Origin: Tubiluchus corallicola
Taxonomy: Eukaryota; Animalia; Priapulida
Length of the DNA stretch: 55,451 nt
Direction: 5' to 3'
Assembly (NCBI GenBank): GCA_030141605.1
Contig: JAQGDQ010001208.1
Coordinates: 1 to 55,451 of the forward strand
The notes beneath the pieces are model-generated. The model was not told the origin of the DNA. It searched no databases and worked only from the letters and a program-made list of their open reading frames with translations. The translations under genes were made by a program, and so were the position numbers. Shown here piece after piece: positions 1 to 14,300 of the stretch (positions are counted from its first letter, which is position 1; every line of letters starts with the position of its first letter).

Positions 1-542
1 ACTACACTCAATCCACATTCATTACTTCATACAGATACCATCACATCTTTCTCTTTCTTTCTATTCTCTATTAACCTTTCTCTTCTACTCCTTTACTGCT
101 CTTTTCTACTACACTCAATCCACATTCATTTGGGGTACTCTAAACAAGTAATTACTTCTTGAGTACCCCACGGGTCATTTGCGGCTTGGCATCTTGTGTA
201 CATAATAATAAATATATTATTAAATACTTTTTTGTACAATGCTGTAATGAACATTGTGGATATATTTAATAAATAAAATAGTAACACATTCAAACTGCTC
301 CATAACGTACTGTACGTAGTATAAGACGTTTGCATGCCTTAACACGTCTACAAGTTTATTTATTTTTGTATAGCGCGAAATCAGTATAAACACTTATGCT
401 GTACACAAAAACGCATAAAGTACTATTCATACTAAAATGACAATTTAAAACTGTTAAATAATACAGAATTTTACACAAATTTTTTTAGTGAAATTAAAAT
501 AAAAATATTGAAAAGACTTGTGCTGTTATATGATATGTTAAA

Positions 543-758
543 CAAACACGCACTAATAACAAATACGGCAACAATTTTATCACTAAACAAGGAGTTCAAC
601 TTTGGAATACCCCGCCATCAAATTTAAAACAAATCAAGTCTTTCGACGAATTCAAATCAAAATTAAAAATACATACATTAAATCGTATTGAAAAGCCAAC
701 ATACGTAAACGATAATATGTCTTCATCCACAAATTTTATTTACCCACGTCCATCTTAA
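543..758 (+). mobile_element. 5'-truncated L2/CR1-type LINE, ORF2 C-terminal remnant
   Basis: Reads QTRTNNKYGNNFITKQGVQLWNTPPSNLKQIKSFDEFKSKLK, the G..LWN.(L)P...K...S...FK..LK pattern typical of L2/CR1-clade ORF2 ends. Confidence 0.6.
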
Positions 759-1189
759 ATTACATGTACATATTGTATATAGTCTATTATAATTTGCGTG
801 TAACATTATAATGTACATTTTGTTTTAAATTTTTGGCACAGTAGTTTTTAGTTTGCACTGAACGCATTTGCCTTTAACAGTTGTGTGAATTTTATTCTCA
901 TGCTGCGATGTTCTTTTATGCTTTTATAGTTATGAATATCGATTTTTTTATGGCAAAAAAAGATTATATATATATATATATAGACAAGATAGGCTAAGGC
1001 GTGCGAGACGAAGTGCATGTGTAGCTGTGTTAACCCGTACAAAAGACGAAGTACATGTGTAGCTGTGTTAACCCGTAGAAAACTGCTGAGTCTACAGATT
1101 CTGATTTTCACTTCACATTTAAAGCAAAACTGGTCTCAATCTTAAACTGTAAGTCGAAACAATCTACTCTTTAAAATATTGAAAAGAAA

Positions 1190-1540
1190 CATACTATTTT
1201 TTCAAAAATGACTTACGTGAAAGAATTATTACCACACAAACACAATTTCGTGTTCGCGCCACTAGTTCCTCGCTGCTACATGCATTTCGCCATTCGCTAG
1301 TTAGACGAGCATTAGCGCCTGCATTTCGGAAATGCATTGCACAAAAAACAGGTGCTGTACCTCTCGGTTCAGATGTGTTCGTTCATGACGAACTACACAC
1401 GTTCGACAGCTCATGCTTGAGCATACCAGTCAGTTTGAATTTAAAACTTGCCTAGTTTTGCTACAACACACTGACTATCTTACAGTAGCACTGTACTTCA
1501 ATTTTCGCTTCATAAACACGTGCAACATGCTCGTGGAATA
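1190..1540. repeat. Dispersed repeat, inverted relative of about 17275-17630
   Basis: aaatgcattgcacaaaaaaca.gtgctgtacctc and tacagtagcactgta match reverse-complement blocks at 17.3-17.6 kb. Confidence 0.7.
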
Positions 1541-2401
1541 TTTTTGCTGTTGAAAATTATGTTAGTTTGTGATGTCAAGAATAGTTGGGCTTGCTCGATC
1601 AAATAATTAAGCTTTTAATCTATTATTTAATTATCAGAAACGTGTTTGCAGTATTAATCGTGTTAAAATGTATAGTTTTTACCATATATAAAAATCAAGT
1701 AGTATATGAAAAATCATTGTGCCTTCATTTATAATTAAAAGATTTTTGTCACTAGAAAATACTGTTGCAAATGACAATATCAGTCGTCAAATGTAAAAAG
1801 GAAAAGTTGCTAAAACAAAAAGCAAAACAAACAAAAAATAAATGAAAAAACTCCATAATTTTACAAAATAAATTTATTTGCATAAGCCATCACAAATTTT
1901 TCATAATGCTAGGTGTTTATTTTCAGAGCTTATACAGAGGTAAACAACAACAACAACAAATTTCTTATACACAAAGAATATATAAGAAGGCACTAAAAGT
2001 TCTCAGTTCAAGCCTTAACCCTTTAATCCAAGTATTTAAACACATGAAATGAACAATCAGCAGGCTTGACCTTGAAAGTTTGATAGATAGGTTGCTATAA
2101 AACTTGCATTATAACTTTATTACTTTAAACACCTGAACACTTGCATAATTCTGCAAATTCGGTTAAATCTATTATCAAACAATAGACAAGTCAGACCTGC
2201 GCATTTTCAGCTAGACATGTGAACGTGGCTTAACCTGCAATCTATGATGTAAAATAACAAATAAACTAACATCTCTATAGTAAGCTTGTGCAATCCTGTT
2301 TCTATTATTTATCTTATCAGCACGTCTAGAGAGCTGTAAATTGTTCAAGGATATTTTATCAGTCCAAAGAAAATTGCACAGCAATTAGAAAGTATTACCA
2401 T

Positions 2402-2795
2402 CAGTGGCGGCTCGTAGTTAAAATTAGGGGGGGGGGTGCAGCTTCAGAAATGTTTTAGCTAAAATCCTAAACCAAAATATTTTGCTTGCGAATAGCGTAA
2501 ATAGCCACAATTTAAGAATATGCCAGTACATGGTTTTTAAGCTCGTGTCAGCCGACAAACGGTGTGAGCGACAGTACTTTCTCTACCTAGCAGCAAACGC
2601 TAGCAGGGCAACATACAGCGTTATCTGAAACATGGCCGCATGTGCACAACAGCCAAACACATCAGTGTGTTGGACTGTGAAACTACCCTCACACAGAATT
2701 AAAGAAGACTTATTATATTGAATATTATCGATAACATTGAGTGAAAATAGGGGGTGCTGCAGTTCCACAGTTCCTCGACACACGAGCCGCTACTG
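2402..2795. mobile_element. hAT-type MITE
   Basis: TIRs cagtggcggctcgt / acgagccgctactg; 8-bp TSD attaccat on both sides. Confidence 0.85.
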
Positions 2796-2992
2796 ATTAC
2801 CATACAGGAAAGGCAGCACACAGCCACAATAAAAGAGTAGTACATACATACATACTGTATTGTTTACAATTGTATGCAACAATTGACATTGTATGTAAAA
2901 ACTATTTAACATTGTACTTAGAAAATGATTGGGATGAAACAATTGATTTTGATGCATCATCGTCACAGATAACAAAAGATAGGAACTTACTT

Positions 2993-4048
2993 AGAGTTTG
3001 AAGATAGTGAGTAGGGACCGGGTCCCCACCGGGAGAGTTTGAAAACAGTGAGTAGGGACTGGGTCCCCGCCGGGAGAGTTTGAAAATAGCGAGTAGGGAC
3101 TGGGTCCCCGCCGGGAGAGTTTGAAAATAGCGAGTAGGGACTGGGTCCCCGCCGGGAGAGTTTGAAGATAGTGAGTAGGGATCGGGTCCCCGCCGGGAGA
3201 GTTTGAAAATAGCGAGTAGGGACTGGGTCCCCGCCGGGAGAGTTTGAAGATAGTGAGTAGGGATCGGGTCCCCGCTGGGAGAGTCTGAAGATAGTGAGTA
3301 GGAACCGGGTCCCCGTCGGGAGAGTTTGAAGATAGTGAGTAAGGACCGGGTCCCCACCGGGAGAGTTTGAAGATAGTGAGTAGGGGCCGGGTCCCCACCG
3401 AGAGAGTTTGAAAATAGCGAGTAGGGACTGGGTCCCCGCCGGGAGAGTTTGAAGATAGTGAGTAGGGACTGGGTCCCCGCCGGGAGAGTTTGAAAATAGC
3501 GAGTAGGGACTGGGTCCCCGCCGGGAGAGTTTGAAGATAGTGAGTAGGGATCGGGTCCCCGCCGGGAGAGTTTGAAAATAGCGAGTAGGGATCGGGTCCC
3601 CACCGAGAGAGTTTGAAGATAGTGAGTAGGAACCGGGTCCCCGTCGGGAGAGTTTGAAGATAGTGAGTAAGGACCGGGTCCCCACCGGGAGAGTTTGAAG
3701 ATAGTGAGTAAGGACCGGGTACCCACCGGGAGAGTTTGAAAATAGTGAGTAGGGGCCGGGTCCCCACCGAGAGAGTTTGAAGATAGTGAGTAGGAACCGG
3801 GTCCCCGCCGGGAGAGTTTGAAGATAGTGAGTAGGGATCGGGTCCCCGCTGGGAGAGTCTGAAGATAGTGAGTAGGAACCGGGTCCCCGCCGGGAGAGTT
3901 TGAAGATAGTGAGTAAGGACCGGGTACCCACCGGGAGAGTTTGAAGATAGTGAGTAGGGACCGAGTCCCTGTTGACAGTGAGAGTTTGAAGACAGTGAGT
4001 AGGGACCGGGTCCCCACCGGGAGAGTTTGAAGATAGTTAGTAGGGACC
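2993..4048. repeat. GC-rich 41-bp minisatellite, about 25 copies
   Basis: Unit gggagagtttgaa(g/a)atag(t/c)gagtagggac(c/t)gggtccccgcc. Confidence 0.97.
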
Positions 4049-5133
4049 GAAATCTGAATCTTTCCGGAAGACCCTTTGGTGGTAATTTTGTACGATTGTG
4101 TCGTTGTAGATTGTGTGATTTGCAGTTGTTTGTGTTCTTTCATTGTTTATGTGTGATGATGATGTCATCTGAGATTAATAAACTAACATAGCCATAAAAT
4201 TGTCACACACAAAAAACTACGAATTGTAGAGTAAGACTTTTTACACCAATTCACAATTTACAATATATATATTAATAGGAAGTAATTTCTATATACAGGA
4301 TGATCCTATAGGCTACAGCCTGGGGCTCTTGAAGCTTGGGGGGGGGCTAAAACTTCCAAATATAAATTTTAGTCTAGCTGTTATAAAAAAATCTGTTTTT
4401 TCAATACAGGTTGTGTTAAAATATTTGATAATTTGGTTTGCAATAAATAATGAAATGGTGGCATTTCTCAAATATTTTTATTGACAAACAACAGACAGCT
4501 ATTCTAATTTATTTAAATAATTTGCAATAAGTATATTTCAAGCTATGTAAATGTCACTAAAATATGTCACAGGCAAAAGTATTCACGATGGGTGAGGCTG
4601 AGTTTTAGGGTCGCTTCATCTGAGGGGGGTCATAATTACGTTAGCTTAGGGGTCCCAAAGGGTTATAATCCGGCCCTGTATACGTGCAGATGTTCTCATT
4701 AACAAGTACATGTAATCTTAATTTTGCAAATTCATTAGGCAAGTGGGAAATGAGGCTGCACTTAAATGGCTTGTCACATTCACACATTCACACTTAAATG
4801 GTTTACCAAATTCCGTTTATTTGTCTCAGTTTCCAAATCATTTACCTAAGAATGTATTTTTTAAATAACTGACAAATATTTCAAAATAACTCGTATATAC
4901 AACAAACTGTTTCAAAAACAGACACACTATGCAAACTAGGACTAAAAATAATAAATTAAAATAGGCCCAATATACAAACGTACAAAGTTGGTATGGGTGG
5001 GGTGGGGTGGGGTGGAGAGTCGTGGGATCAGGTAGATGGGTTAATGATTAACCACACAAAGGATAGAATTAAACAACAGCAGCTAATGAAATGCAAAATC
5101 GCAGCAAAATAATTTAATGGTGAATTGTCTATT

Positions 5134-5560
5134 CACCGCACTAAACACAAATGGTTCCGCACACCGCACTAAACACAAATGGTTCCGCACACCGCACTAA
5201 ACACAAATGGTTCCGCACACCGCACTAAACAGAAATGGTTCCGCACACCACACTAAACACAAATGGTTCCGCACACCGCACTAAACACAAATGGTTCCGC
5301 ACACCGCACTAAACACAAATGGTTCCGCACACCGCACTAAACACAAATGGTTCCGCACACTGCACTAAACACAAATGGTTCCGCACACCGCACTAAACAC
5401 AAATGGTTCCGCACACCGCACTAAACAAATGGTTCCACACACCGCACTAAACACAAATGGTTCCGCACACCGCACTAAACACAAATGGTTCCGCACACCG
5501 CACTAAACACAAATGGTTCCGCACACCACACTAAACACAAATGGTTCCGCACACCGCACT
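5134..5560. repeat. 28-bp minisatellite, about 15 copies
   Basis: Unit accgcactaaacacaaatggttccgcac. Confidence 0.97.
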
Positions 5561-5774
5561 GCCATTAGGACCTTGGTGAATCAATTGTTGCTTAAACGGA
5601 TAAATTAATCATTAATTCAAAGTCATATTAAAATCACGTTTGCATCCAAAATTTTTCAAAAAATTTTTGTCAGCATTAACTCCTTCAGGACCACACCTCC
5701 CAAGTTAGATTTTACAAAAACTACGACTCTTCTGATGCCGTACGGGCGCAGACATAACTGATTACACATTAGGT

Positions 5775-6197
5775 CAGGGGTGTGCAAACTGCGGGCCACT
5801 TGCGGGCCGCCGACAGATCTTGTACGACCCGCAAAGAGGTTTGTCAACGTAATGAAAGTGCGGCCCACGCGATCCAGCTGAAGTGCACGCCAATATTGCA
5901 AAGATAGTGCGGGTAGTTTTTTCTTCTAGATCGGATGGCATCTAACCCTTACAAGACCGTTGTCACTTAATGTCACTGTCGGACATGACGAAATATATGA
6001 TTTTAATATAAATTTTAATAACTTCTAAAATAGTTCCAAGAGTGTAGTAGTGCAGTAGTAATGATGTACGCAAATCAAATGCAAAAAAAATCGTTATTAG
6101 GTCCTACTGTACTTGGCTCCTTGACCGAACTGCATCCCACAGGAATTGCGGGAATGTTTAATGTGGCCCAGCTAGTCAGATAATTTGCACACCCCTG
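5775..6197 (+). mobile_element. hAT-type MITE, family B copy 1
   Basis: TIRs caggggtgtgcaaa / tttgcacacccctg; 8-bp TSD cattaggt. Confidence 0.9.
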
Positions 6198-6756
6198 CAT
6201 TAGGTACTGTTCTATTCAGGAGAATCTCAGCTATCCAATCATGTTATTCGTTTAAACATTTATAAGTGATTTAATTGGATAAAATTAAGAAAAACACACT
6301 CTTTTCAGACACTCCAGCTTAGCCTATCGAGTAGCTTAGTCTGGTGCACACTTGCGTGATCGTACACATTATTTAATTGATTGCCTGCTTGCTACAGTCC
6401 AAGAGAACCATCTGCTGTACAGAGTTCCAGGAAAAACCAACCAATCAGGAAACTACAAATTAAGATCGTTTCATCTTTTAACAGAAATTTCTCTTTAAAA
6501 ATAGAGTAGAGTTGAGGCCAGAGTTTATCAGACTGTTGTGTCTAGATGGTTGAAATTTTCCGTACAAACTGATTTCACACAAGTGGTACTGTACTAATGT
6601 TACAGTTCAAAACAAGGTGTGCACGCACACGAGTTATGTGAGGCAAGAAAACGCACAATCATTAGGTAAATGCAGAAAAACTGGCCATGATAGCCCAGAA
6701 TGAGGGACGTGCGTAACAGAGCAGAAACTATTTTCACATTTAACTTGGGAACCTAC

Positions 6757-7292
6757 TGCACATTCCGCACAAGCTGAACTTACAGGTGCCGCACATTCCG
6801 CACAAGCTAGACTTACTGGTGCCGCACATTCCGCACAAGCTGAACTTACAGGTGCCGCACATTCTGCATAAGCTAGACTTACTGGTACTGCACATTCCGC
6901 ACAAGCTGAACTTACAGGTGCCGCACATTCTGCATAAGCTAGACTTACTGGTGCTGCACATTCCGCACAAGCTAGACTTACTGGTGCCGCACATTCAGCA
7001 CAAGCTAAACTTACAGGTGCCACACATTCTGCATAAGCTAGACTTACTGGTGCCGCACATTCCGCATAAGTTAGACTTACTGTTGCCGCACATTCCGTAT
7101 AAGTTAGACTTACTGGTGCCGCACATTCCGCATAAGTTAGACATACTGTTGCCGCAAATTCCGCATAAGTTAGACTTACTGTTGCCGCACATTCAGCACA
7201 AGCTAAACTTACTGGTGCCATACATTCCGCACAAGCTGAACTTACTGGTGCCGCACATGCCGCACAAGCTAGACTTACTGGTGCCGCACATT
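6757..7292. repeat. 33-bp minisatellite, about 16 copies (possibly within the PPP4R4 3' UTR)
   Basis: Unit gccgcacattccgcacaagctagacttactggt. Confidence 0.95.
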
Positions 7293-7626
7293 ACGGAGCA
7301 TGTCACAACAGAGGATAAGTATTGCAGCAACTGGCAAATTACAATCCTAAAAATATTTACAAACAACCACCCCCTTGTAACTTTTGAACCTTGTAACATA
7401 TTGTTTCAGCCAAGCTGTTAAAGGACAGCTCTTCTCTGGGTAGTTGGTGACTCGATTATCGTACAGAAAGCTTTCCCAAGGAACAGCAGAAATGCACAAA
7501 AACAGCATCCCATTTCTTTTCTCTGTTCTTCATAATCACCATGGAAACCGCAGCTGGGGGTCTGCATCTCAATAAAACTCTTAGTCCTTTAACAACTCGT
7601 TACGGATCTCTAGAGGTGCTTCATTG

Positions 7627-7654
7627 TCAAGATTTTCGAACAGGAACAGGTTTT
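7627..7654 (-). CDS. PPP4R4: PPP4R4 last coding exon (KPVPVRKS-stop), followed by 3' UTR of undetermined length
   Basis: ttgtttacag acceptor, phase 2, TGA at 7629-7627; basic C-terminus. Confidence 0.68.
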
Positions 7655-10600
7655 CTGTAAACAACAAAGAAAGAATTCAATGCACACGTCTTAAAGTAAA
7701 GATTGGCGCTATTGATATCTATTATACAAGACTATGGAAATAAACTGTAAAAAATAAGCTTGGAAGTGGTGCTGACAAGCCACGGGCATAAAAGCGTCTA
7801 GTTCCTTGCTGGATTACTGCTGTGTTTACCTGTCTGAAGGGCAGATTGTTTTTGTTTATTTTAGAATTCTGCTTGCCCAATGTTTGTAAACAACATGGTG
7901 GACATATCACAATGATGATGAGAAATAAATATATAAATGGGAAAAAATTGAAAACTAACATTAACTTAAAAGAAAACTGGACGATTGTTTAGACTCAATC
8001 TCATTTTAATAAAATGTCCAAAATGTACATTTTCTTGCCTATAAAAGTTAGCAAGACTAATATTTGAATAATTAATTTTGGAACCAAACACAGCTGTTGC
8101 TTACGTCACAAACTAACCACAATTTGCGCAATGGTATGCATCTTCCCTGCACATCAAGCACGTTTGCGTAAGCAAATATTGCTATGAGATGCTGATGTGA
8201 TGTCACGAAAATGAGCTCTACGTCACACTGACATAATAGCCGAAAACAGCAGTTCATGATCGTGCTTATCACTGTACCGCGCCTATTTGTCGACCACACG
8301 AATGTGTCAAGCAGGCGCCATTACCAGTCTTAGTAAATTCGAGTAGCTTTGAAAGTTTAACAGAATTTAACTATTTCAGCTAATTACTATTATTTGATTT
8401 TAGTTTTGATTTAAAAAAGCTGTTGCACTTTTCAATATTTTAGTTCACACTTTACTTTGAACCGATGTCTACAAAATCGTACGCTTTTCCTTTAATCAAA
8501 CAAGTTACGAATGTTTCCAGTACCTGATCATTGTTGGTATGTGGCTGTTGGTTGACTTTGCAGGAGACGTCGTATTGCCGTTCACTTGAGAATGGCTGCC
8601 GTCGTTTGCATTGCAGTGAGAAGCGACGTCCTTTTGTCTGAGGAGCATAGGAATCGGGGAGCCTTCCCTTACCGGATATTCTGGAATGTTAGCAGAAAGA
8701 TTAAGTCATAAGCTTTGCTGAAATTGGAAAGGTTTTGCAAAGAAGAAATGTTTGAATTCGAATCAGCTACTTGCCCAGACAGTTTAACGAATTTAAAGGA
8801 CAAGAAAAGGGTTACCTGAAGAAGTAGGTGTCAGAAGAATCGAATTAAAAAATTATATTACGTCACAGCAAATTTATGCATATGTCGTACTCGCGTTAAA
8901 AGATATTTTTGTTTGTTTTCATTTTAAATCTCCCGCAATACTGCTTCAATCGCGCCATTACATGACGTCACCTACACAAACTTAAATCAGGGGAAGAAAA
9001 GGAAATGTTAAATTATGTCCCAAGAAAACTTTCCATGCAAATCTACATTACTTAACATTTCGCTTACCTGCTGGAAAGACTTATGTAACTAGAAATAATA
9101 ATTTAAAATATTCATTCCTATCGGTAAAATGTTGCTGACTCACACTCTGACGCTACTCACTAACCAAAAACGTATTTTTAATCTTATTGAAAGATACAGT
9201 AATTTAAAATTTTACTTAATTAGCAACGTGTGCGCTACGAATGCTCTGATTATTTTTGCAAACTTCACGCAAAGTTATCTAAACTTGTTTCAATCCACCG
9301 ACCACTAAAATGGTTGCGCCTAACGGTCAGCGTTACTGCCGACGCAAGCCCTGCATGCAAAAGGGCAGAAAGTTTCAAACGAATTTTTTAAACTTTAATG
9401 TAAGTGAAGGGTTTTCTTGCATTTTAAGTAAATTATGCATACATAAAGAACTTCTTAGGTAGTTTGTCTAGTGAAAATTTAATACTTACAGTGAGTTATT
9501 AGCCTTTTGTTTATAAATGCAACACAATCACATTAATTATTTGTCTTAAAATGCATTTTGAAATTGAAATAGCATTATTGCTATAGTGATTGACTCATTT
9601 ACTGTAAATTGGCATGCAACTTGATGTACAAACACTGTAAAGTTTCGCCATCTGTTGGTGAACGTAAAAACTAAAACTAAAGTTAGCAAAAGTTTGCAAA
9701 GAAACAAAAAACGAGTTTGAATTATTTAAAAATTCAAAATAGGATTTTAGCAACACTTAATGACACAATCTGAAGTCATTTGGTGAGTTTAGCCTGATGT
9801 AGACAAGATTTGCAAAGTTCAATGGACTTTTGTGCTGCTAGTTTTCGTTGAAAATGAAAAAAAATTAGACAGAAAATAACAAGAGTTGTCACTTGACTTG
9901 TGAATTAGTGACCAAATCAGTAACTAGAGTTGCCACTTGACTTGTGAATTAGTGATCAAATCAGTAACTAGAGTTGCCACTTGACTTGTGAATTAGTGAT
10001 CAAATCAGTAACTAGAGTTGCCACTTGACTTGTGAATTAGTGATCAAATCAGTAACTAGAGTTGTCACTTGACTTGTGAATTAGTGATCAAATCAGTAAC
10101 TAGAGTTGCCACTTGACTTGTGAATTAGTGATCAAATCAGTAACTAGAGTTGCCACTTGACTTGTGAATTAGTGATCAAATCAGTAACTAGAGTTGCCAC
10201 TTGACTTGTGAATTAGTGATCAAATCAGTAACTAGAGTTGTCACTTGACTTGTGAATTAGTGATCAAATCAGTAACTAGAGTTGCCACTTGACTTGTGAA
10301 TTAGTGATCAAATCAGTAACTAGAGTTGCCACTTGACTTGTGAATTAGTGATCAAATCAGTAACTAGAGTTGCCACTTGACTTGTGAATTAGTGATCAAA
10401 TCAGTAACTAGAGTTGCCACTTGACTTGTGAATTAGTGATCAAATCAGTAACTAGAGTTGTCACTTGACTTGTGAATTAGTGATCAAATCAGTAACTAGA
10501 GTTGTCACTTGACTTGTGAATTAGTGATCAAATCAGTAACTAGAGTTGCCACTTGACTTGTGAATTAGTGATCAAATCAGTAACAAGAGTTGCCACTTGA

Positions 10601-11282
10601 CTTGTGAATTAGTGATCAAATCAGTAACTAGAGTTGTCACTTGACTTGTGAATTAGTGATCAAATCAGTAACTAGAGTTGTCACTTGACTTGTGAATTAG
10701 TGATCAAATCAGTAACAAGAGTTGCCACTTGACTTGTGAATTAGTGATCAAATCAGTAACTAGAGTTGCCACTTGACTTGTGAATTAGTGATCAAATCAG
10801 TAACTAGAGTTGCCACTTGACTTGTGAATTAGTGATCAAATCAGTAACAAGAGTTGCCACTTGACTTGTGAATTAGTGATCAAATCAGTAACAAGAGTTG
10901 CCACTTGACTTGTGAATGAGTGATCAAATCAGTAACTAGAGTTGCCACTTGACTTGTGAATTAGTGATCAAATCAGTAACTAGAGTTGCAACTTGACTTG
11001 TGAATTAGTGATCAAATCAGTAACAAGAGTTGCCACTTGACTTGTGAATTAGTGATCAAATCAGTAACAAGAGTTGCCACTTGACTTGTGAATTAGTGAT
11101 CAAATCAGTAACTAGAGTTGCCACTTGACTTGTGAATTAGTGATCAAATCAGTAACTAGAGTTGCAACTTGACTTGTGAATTAGTGATCAAATCAGTATC
11201 TAGAGTTGTCACTTGACTTGTGAATTAGTGATCAAATCAGTAACTAGAGTTGCAACTTGACTTGTGAATCAGCAACAGCAAA

Positions 11283-11313
<31 letters not shown>

Positions 11314-14300
11314 ACAACAACAACATCAGCAGCAGCAACAGCAGCACTGGCCGTGGCAACAATGACAAAAACAACAGAAGACAATATAATTAAATACAAA
11401 AACGTCAATATTTACCTGTAGTCGGACTAGTAGCCGGAGTCCCAGTGTGCGGTCGTGAAGCAATGCCGTTGCTACTAAGAGGCTGACGCGAGATCACTGC
11501 GGGAGATGGTATGCGACTTCCCATTGTTTTGCTGAATCATAAACATGCGAATTTGTTAGCAGACAGCCAGTACGGGATCCACGGTAACACTCAGACAAAT
11601 TTCTGATGGTCTCATTTATTAATTCATTATGAAATTAAATAACGAATGTTAAAGATTAATGCAATAACTCCATTGCGCTTTTTTCATCTTAGCATGTGAA
11701 CAGAGGTGCTGACAACATGGAAGGAAGACCAGAGAAACAGAATTAGAAAGTGTAGGAGGATTGACTCAAATTCAAAACAGATACAGTGTATATAAGTTGT
11801 ACAACTATGTAATAAGCTGCATAACTGTGTATATAAGTTGTACAACTATGTAATAAGCTGCATAACCATGTAATAAGCAGCACAACTGTGTATATAAGTT
11901 GTACAACTATGTAATAAGCTGCATAATTGTGTATATAAGCTGCATAACCATGTAATAAGCAGCACAACTGTGAAATAAGGTGCACAACTATTTAATAAGT
12001 TGCATAACTGTGTATGTAAGCTGCATAACTGTGTAATAAGCTGCATAACTGTGTATATAAGGGTCATAATTATGTATATAAGCTGCATAACTGTGTATAT
12101 AAGCTGAGTATTGTGTAAGAAGGTGCATAACTATGTACATAAACTGCATTACTGCGCATATAAGGAGCATAACTGTGTATGTAAGGTGCATTACTGTCTA
12201 TGTAAGCTGTATAACTATGTATATAAGCTGCGTAACTGTGTATATAAGCTGCATAACTGGTAGCAACATGGAAGCAAGGCACTCCTCAATCACAGAAAGC
12301 TTATTTTATTAAAAGACCAGAATCTTAATTTCGTCTCTTGGCAACGGTTCTCAACAACGAGTAACAACAATTTGAGAAGGCTGGAATAAGTGAGTGATAA
12401 TATTCTGCAAAATTTAGTTTCACAAATGCAGAAAACTAAAAATAACAGAGTCAATCTCATCTTGCCTCCCCCCCCCATCCCACTGATAGCCGTTGCGTGA
12501 CAGTGACTATAGCTTGCTATGGTGAAGTAAATATTTGCTTTAAGGTCTCGAATTTGCCTCATATTCGCCAGCTGGCACACCCTCAAAAAACGAAAATTAT
12601 TAACCGGATTCATGGGCATTGCGCTGGAATAAGAAAGAGGTGGAAATCAAAAGTTGTAATTCAGGAAACGAGCAAAAAAAGGAAAACAAACGAGAAAGGA
12701 AAAACAAAGGAAGAGCGAGAAATATTTCATCTCACATTTATTACTCAAAATAAGCATTAATAAATTACAAAAATGACCACTCCCGACTAAGCGGAAATTA
12801 GGAGTGAATTACTTCATTAGTTCCCGGGAACGTGACCTGATCATGGGTCGAGGAGACGCGGGTTGAGTGACAGCGAGTTGCTGCTTGGTGTTGTTGTTCA
12901 CCTTCGCATTGCTCAGGTTGTTATCCTTGTTCAATTTACCTGAAAAACATGCAAAAATACATTACCTGTACTTGAAAAAAGATACATAAATGCAGGTTAA
13001 TTACCTGTACTTGAAAAAAAGATGCATAAATGCAGGTTAATTACCTGTACTTGAAAAAACATACATAAATGCAGGTTAATTACCTGTACTTGAAAAAAAG
13101 ATGCATAAATGCAGGAAAGCAGGTTAATTACCCGTACTTGAAAAAAAGATACATAAATGCAGGTTAATTACCTGTACTTGAAAAAAGATACATAAATGCA
13201 GGTTAATTACTTGTACTTGAAAAAACATACATAAATGCAGGTTAATTACCTGTACTTGAAAAAAGATACATAAATGCAGGTTAATTACCTGTACTTGAAA
13301 AAACATACATAAATGCAGGTTAATTACCTGTACTTGAAAAAAAGATGCATAAATGCAGGTTAATTACCTGTACTTGAAAAAAAGATGCATAAATGCAGGT
13401 TAATTACCTGTACTTGAAAAAAAGATGCATAAAAGCAGGTTAATTACCCGTACTTGAAAAAAGATGCATAAATGCAGGTTAATTACCTGTACTTGAAAAA
13501 AGATACATAAATGCAGGTTAATTACCTGTACTTGAAGAAAGATGCATAAATGCAGGTTAATTACCTGTACTTGAAAAAAGATGCATAAATGCAGGTTAAT
13601 TACCCGTACTTGAAAAAAGATGCATAAATGCAGGTTAATTACCTGTACTTGAAAAAAAGATGCATAAATGCAGGTTAATTACCTGTACTTGAAAAAAGAT
13701 GCATAAATGCAGGTTAATTACCTGTACTTGAAAAAAGATACATAAATGCAGGTTAATTACCTGTACTTGAAAAAAAGATGCATAAATGCAGGTTAATTAC
13801 CTGTACTTGAAAAAAGATACATAAATGCAGGTTAATTACTTGTACTTGAAAAAAGATTCATAAATGCAGGTTAATTACCTGTACTTGAAAAAAGATGCAT
13901 AAATGCAGGTTAATTACCTGTACTTGAAAAAAAGATGCATAAATGCAGGTTAATTACCTGTACTTGAAAAAAAAGATGCATAGATGCAGGTTAATTACCT
14001 GTACTTGAAAAAAGATACATAAATGCAGGTTAATTACCTGTACTTGAAAAAAGATACATAAATGCAGGTTAATTACCTGTACTTGAAAAAAGATACATAA
14101 ATGCAGGTTAATTACCTGTACTTGAAAAAAAGATGCATAAATGCAGGTTAATTACCTGTACTTGAAAAAAGATGCATAAATGCAGGTTAATTACCTGTAC
14201 TTGAAAAAAGATGCATAAATGCAGGTTAATTACCTGTACTTGAAAAAAAGATGCATAAATGCAGGTTAATTACCTGTACTTGAAAAAAGATGCATAAATG

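Noticed and set aside
2902-4143. 413/314/258-aa minus-strand ORFs
   Set aside because: All three frames cycle through the same 41-bp tandem unit; repeat artefact with no splice or domain support.
6634-7421. Cys-rich (metallothionein-like) and His/Pro-rich ORFs
   Set aside because: They are translations of a 33-bp minisatellite that is open on both strands.
9878-11269. CRISPR-like appearance of this and the other 28-44-bp arrays
   Set aside because: Units are head-to-tail with no unique spacers, there are no cas genes, and the context is a eukaryotic intron.
11270-11345. CAG/CAA tract as a polyQ exon
   Set aside because: It is antisense to the host gene, intronic, and has no supporting ORF or splice sites.
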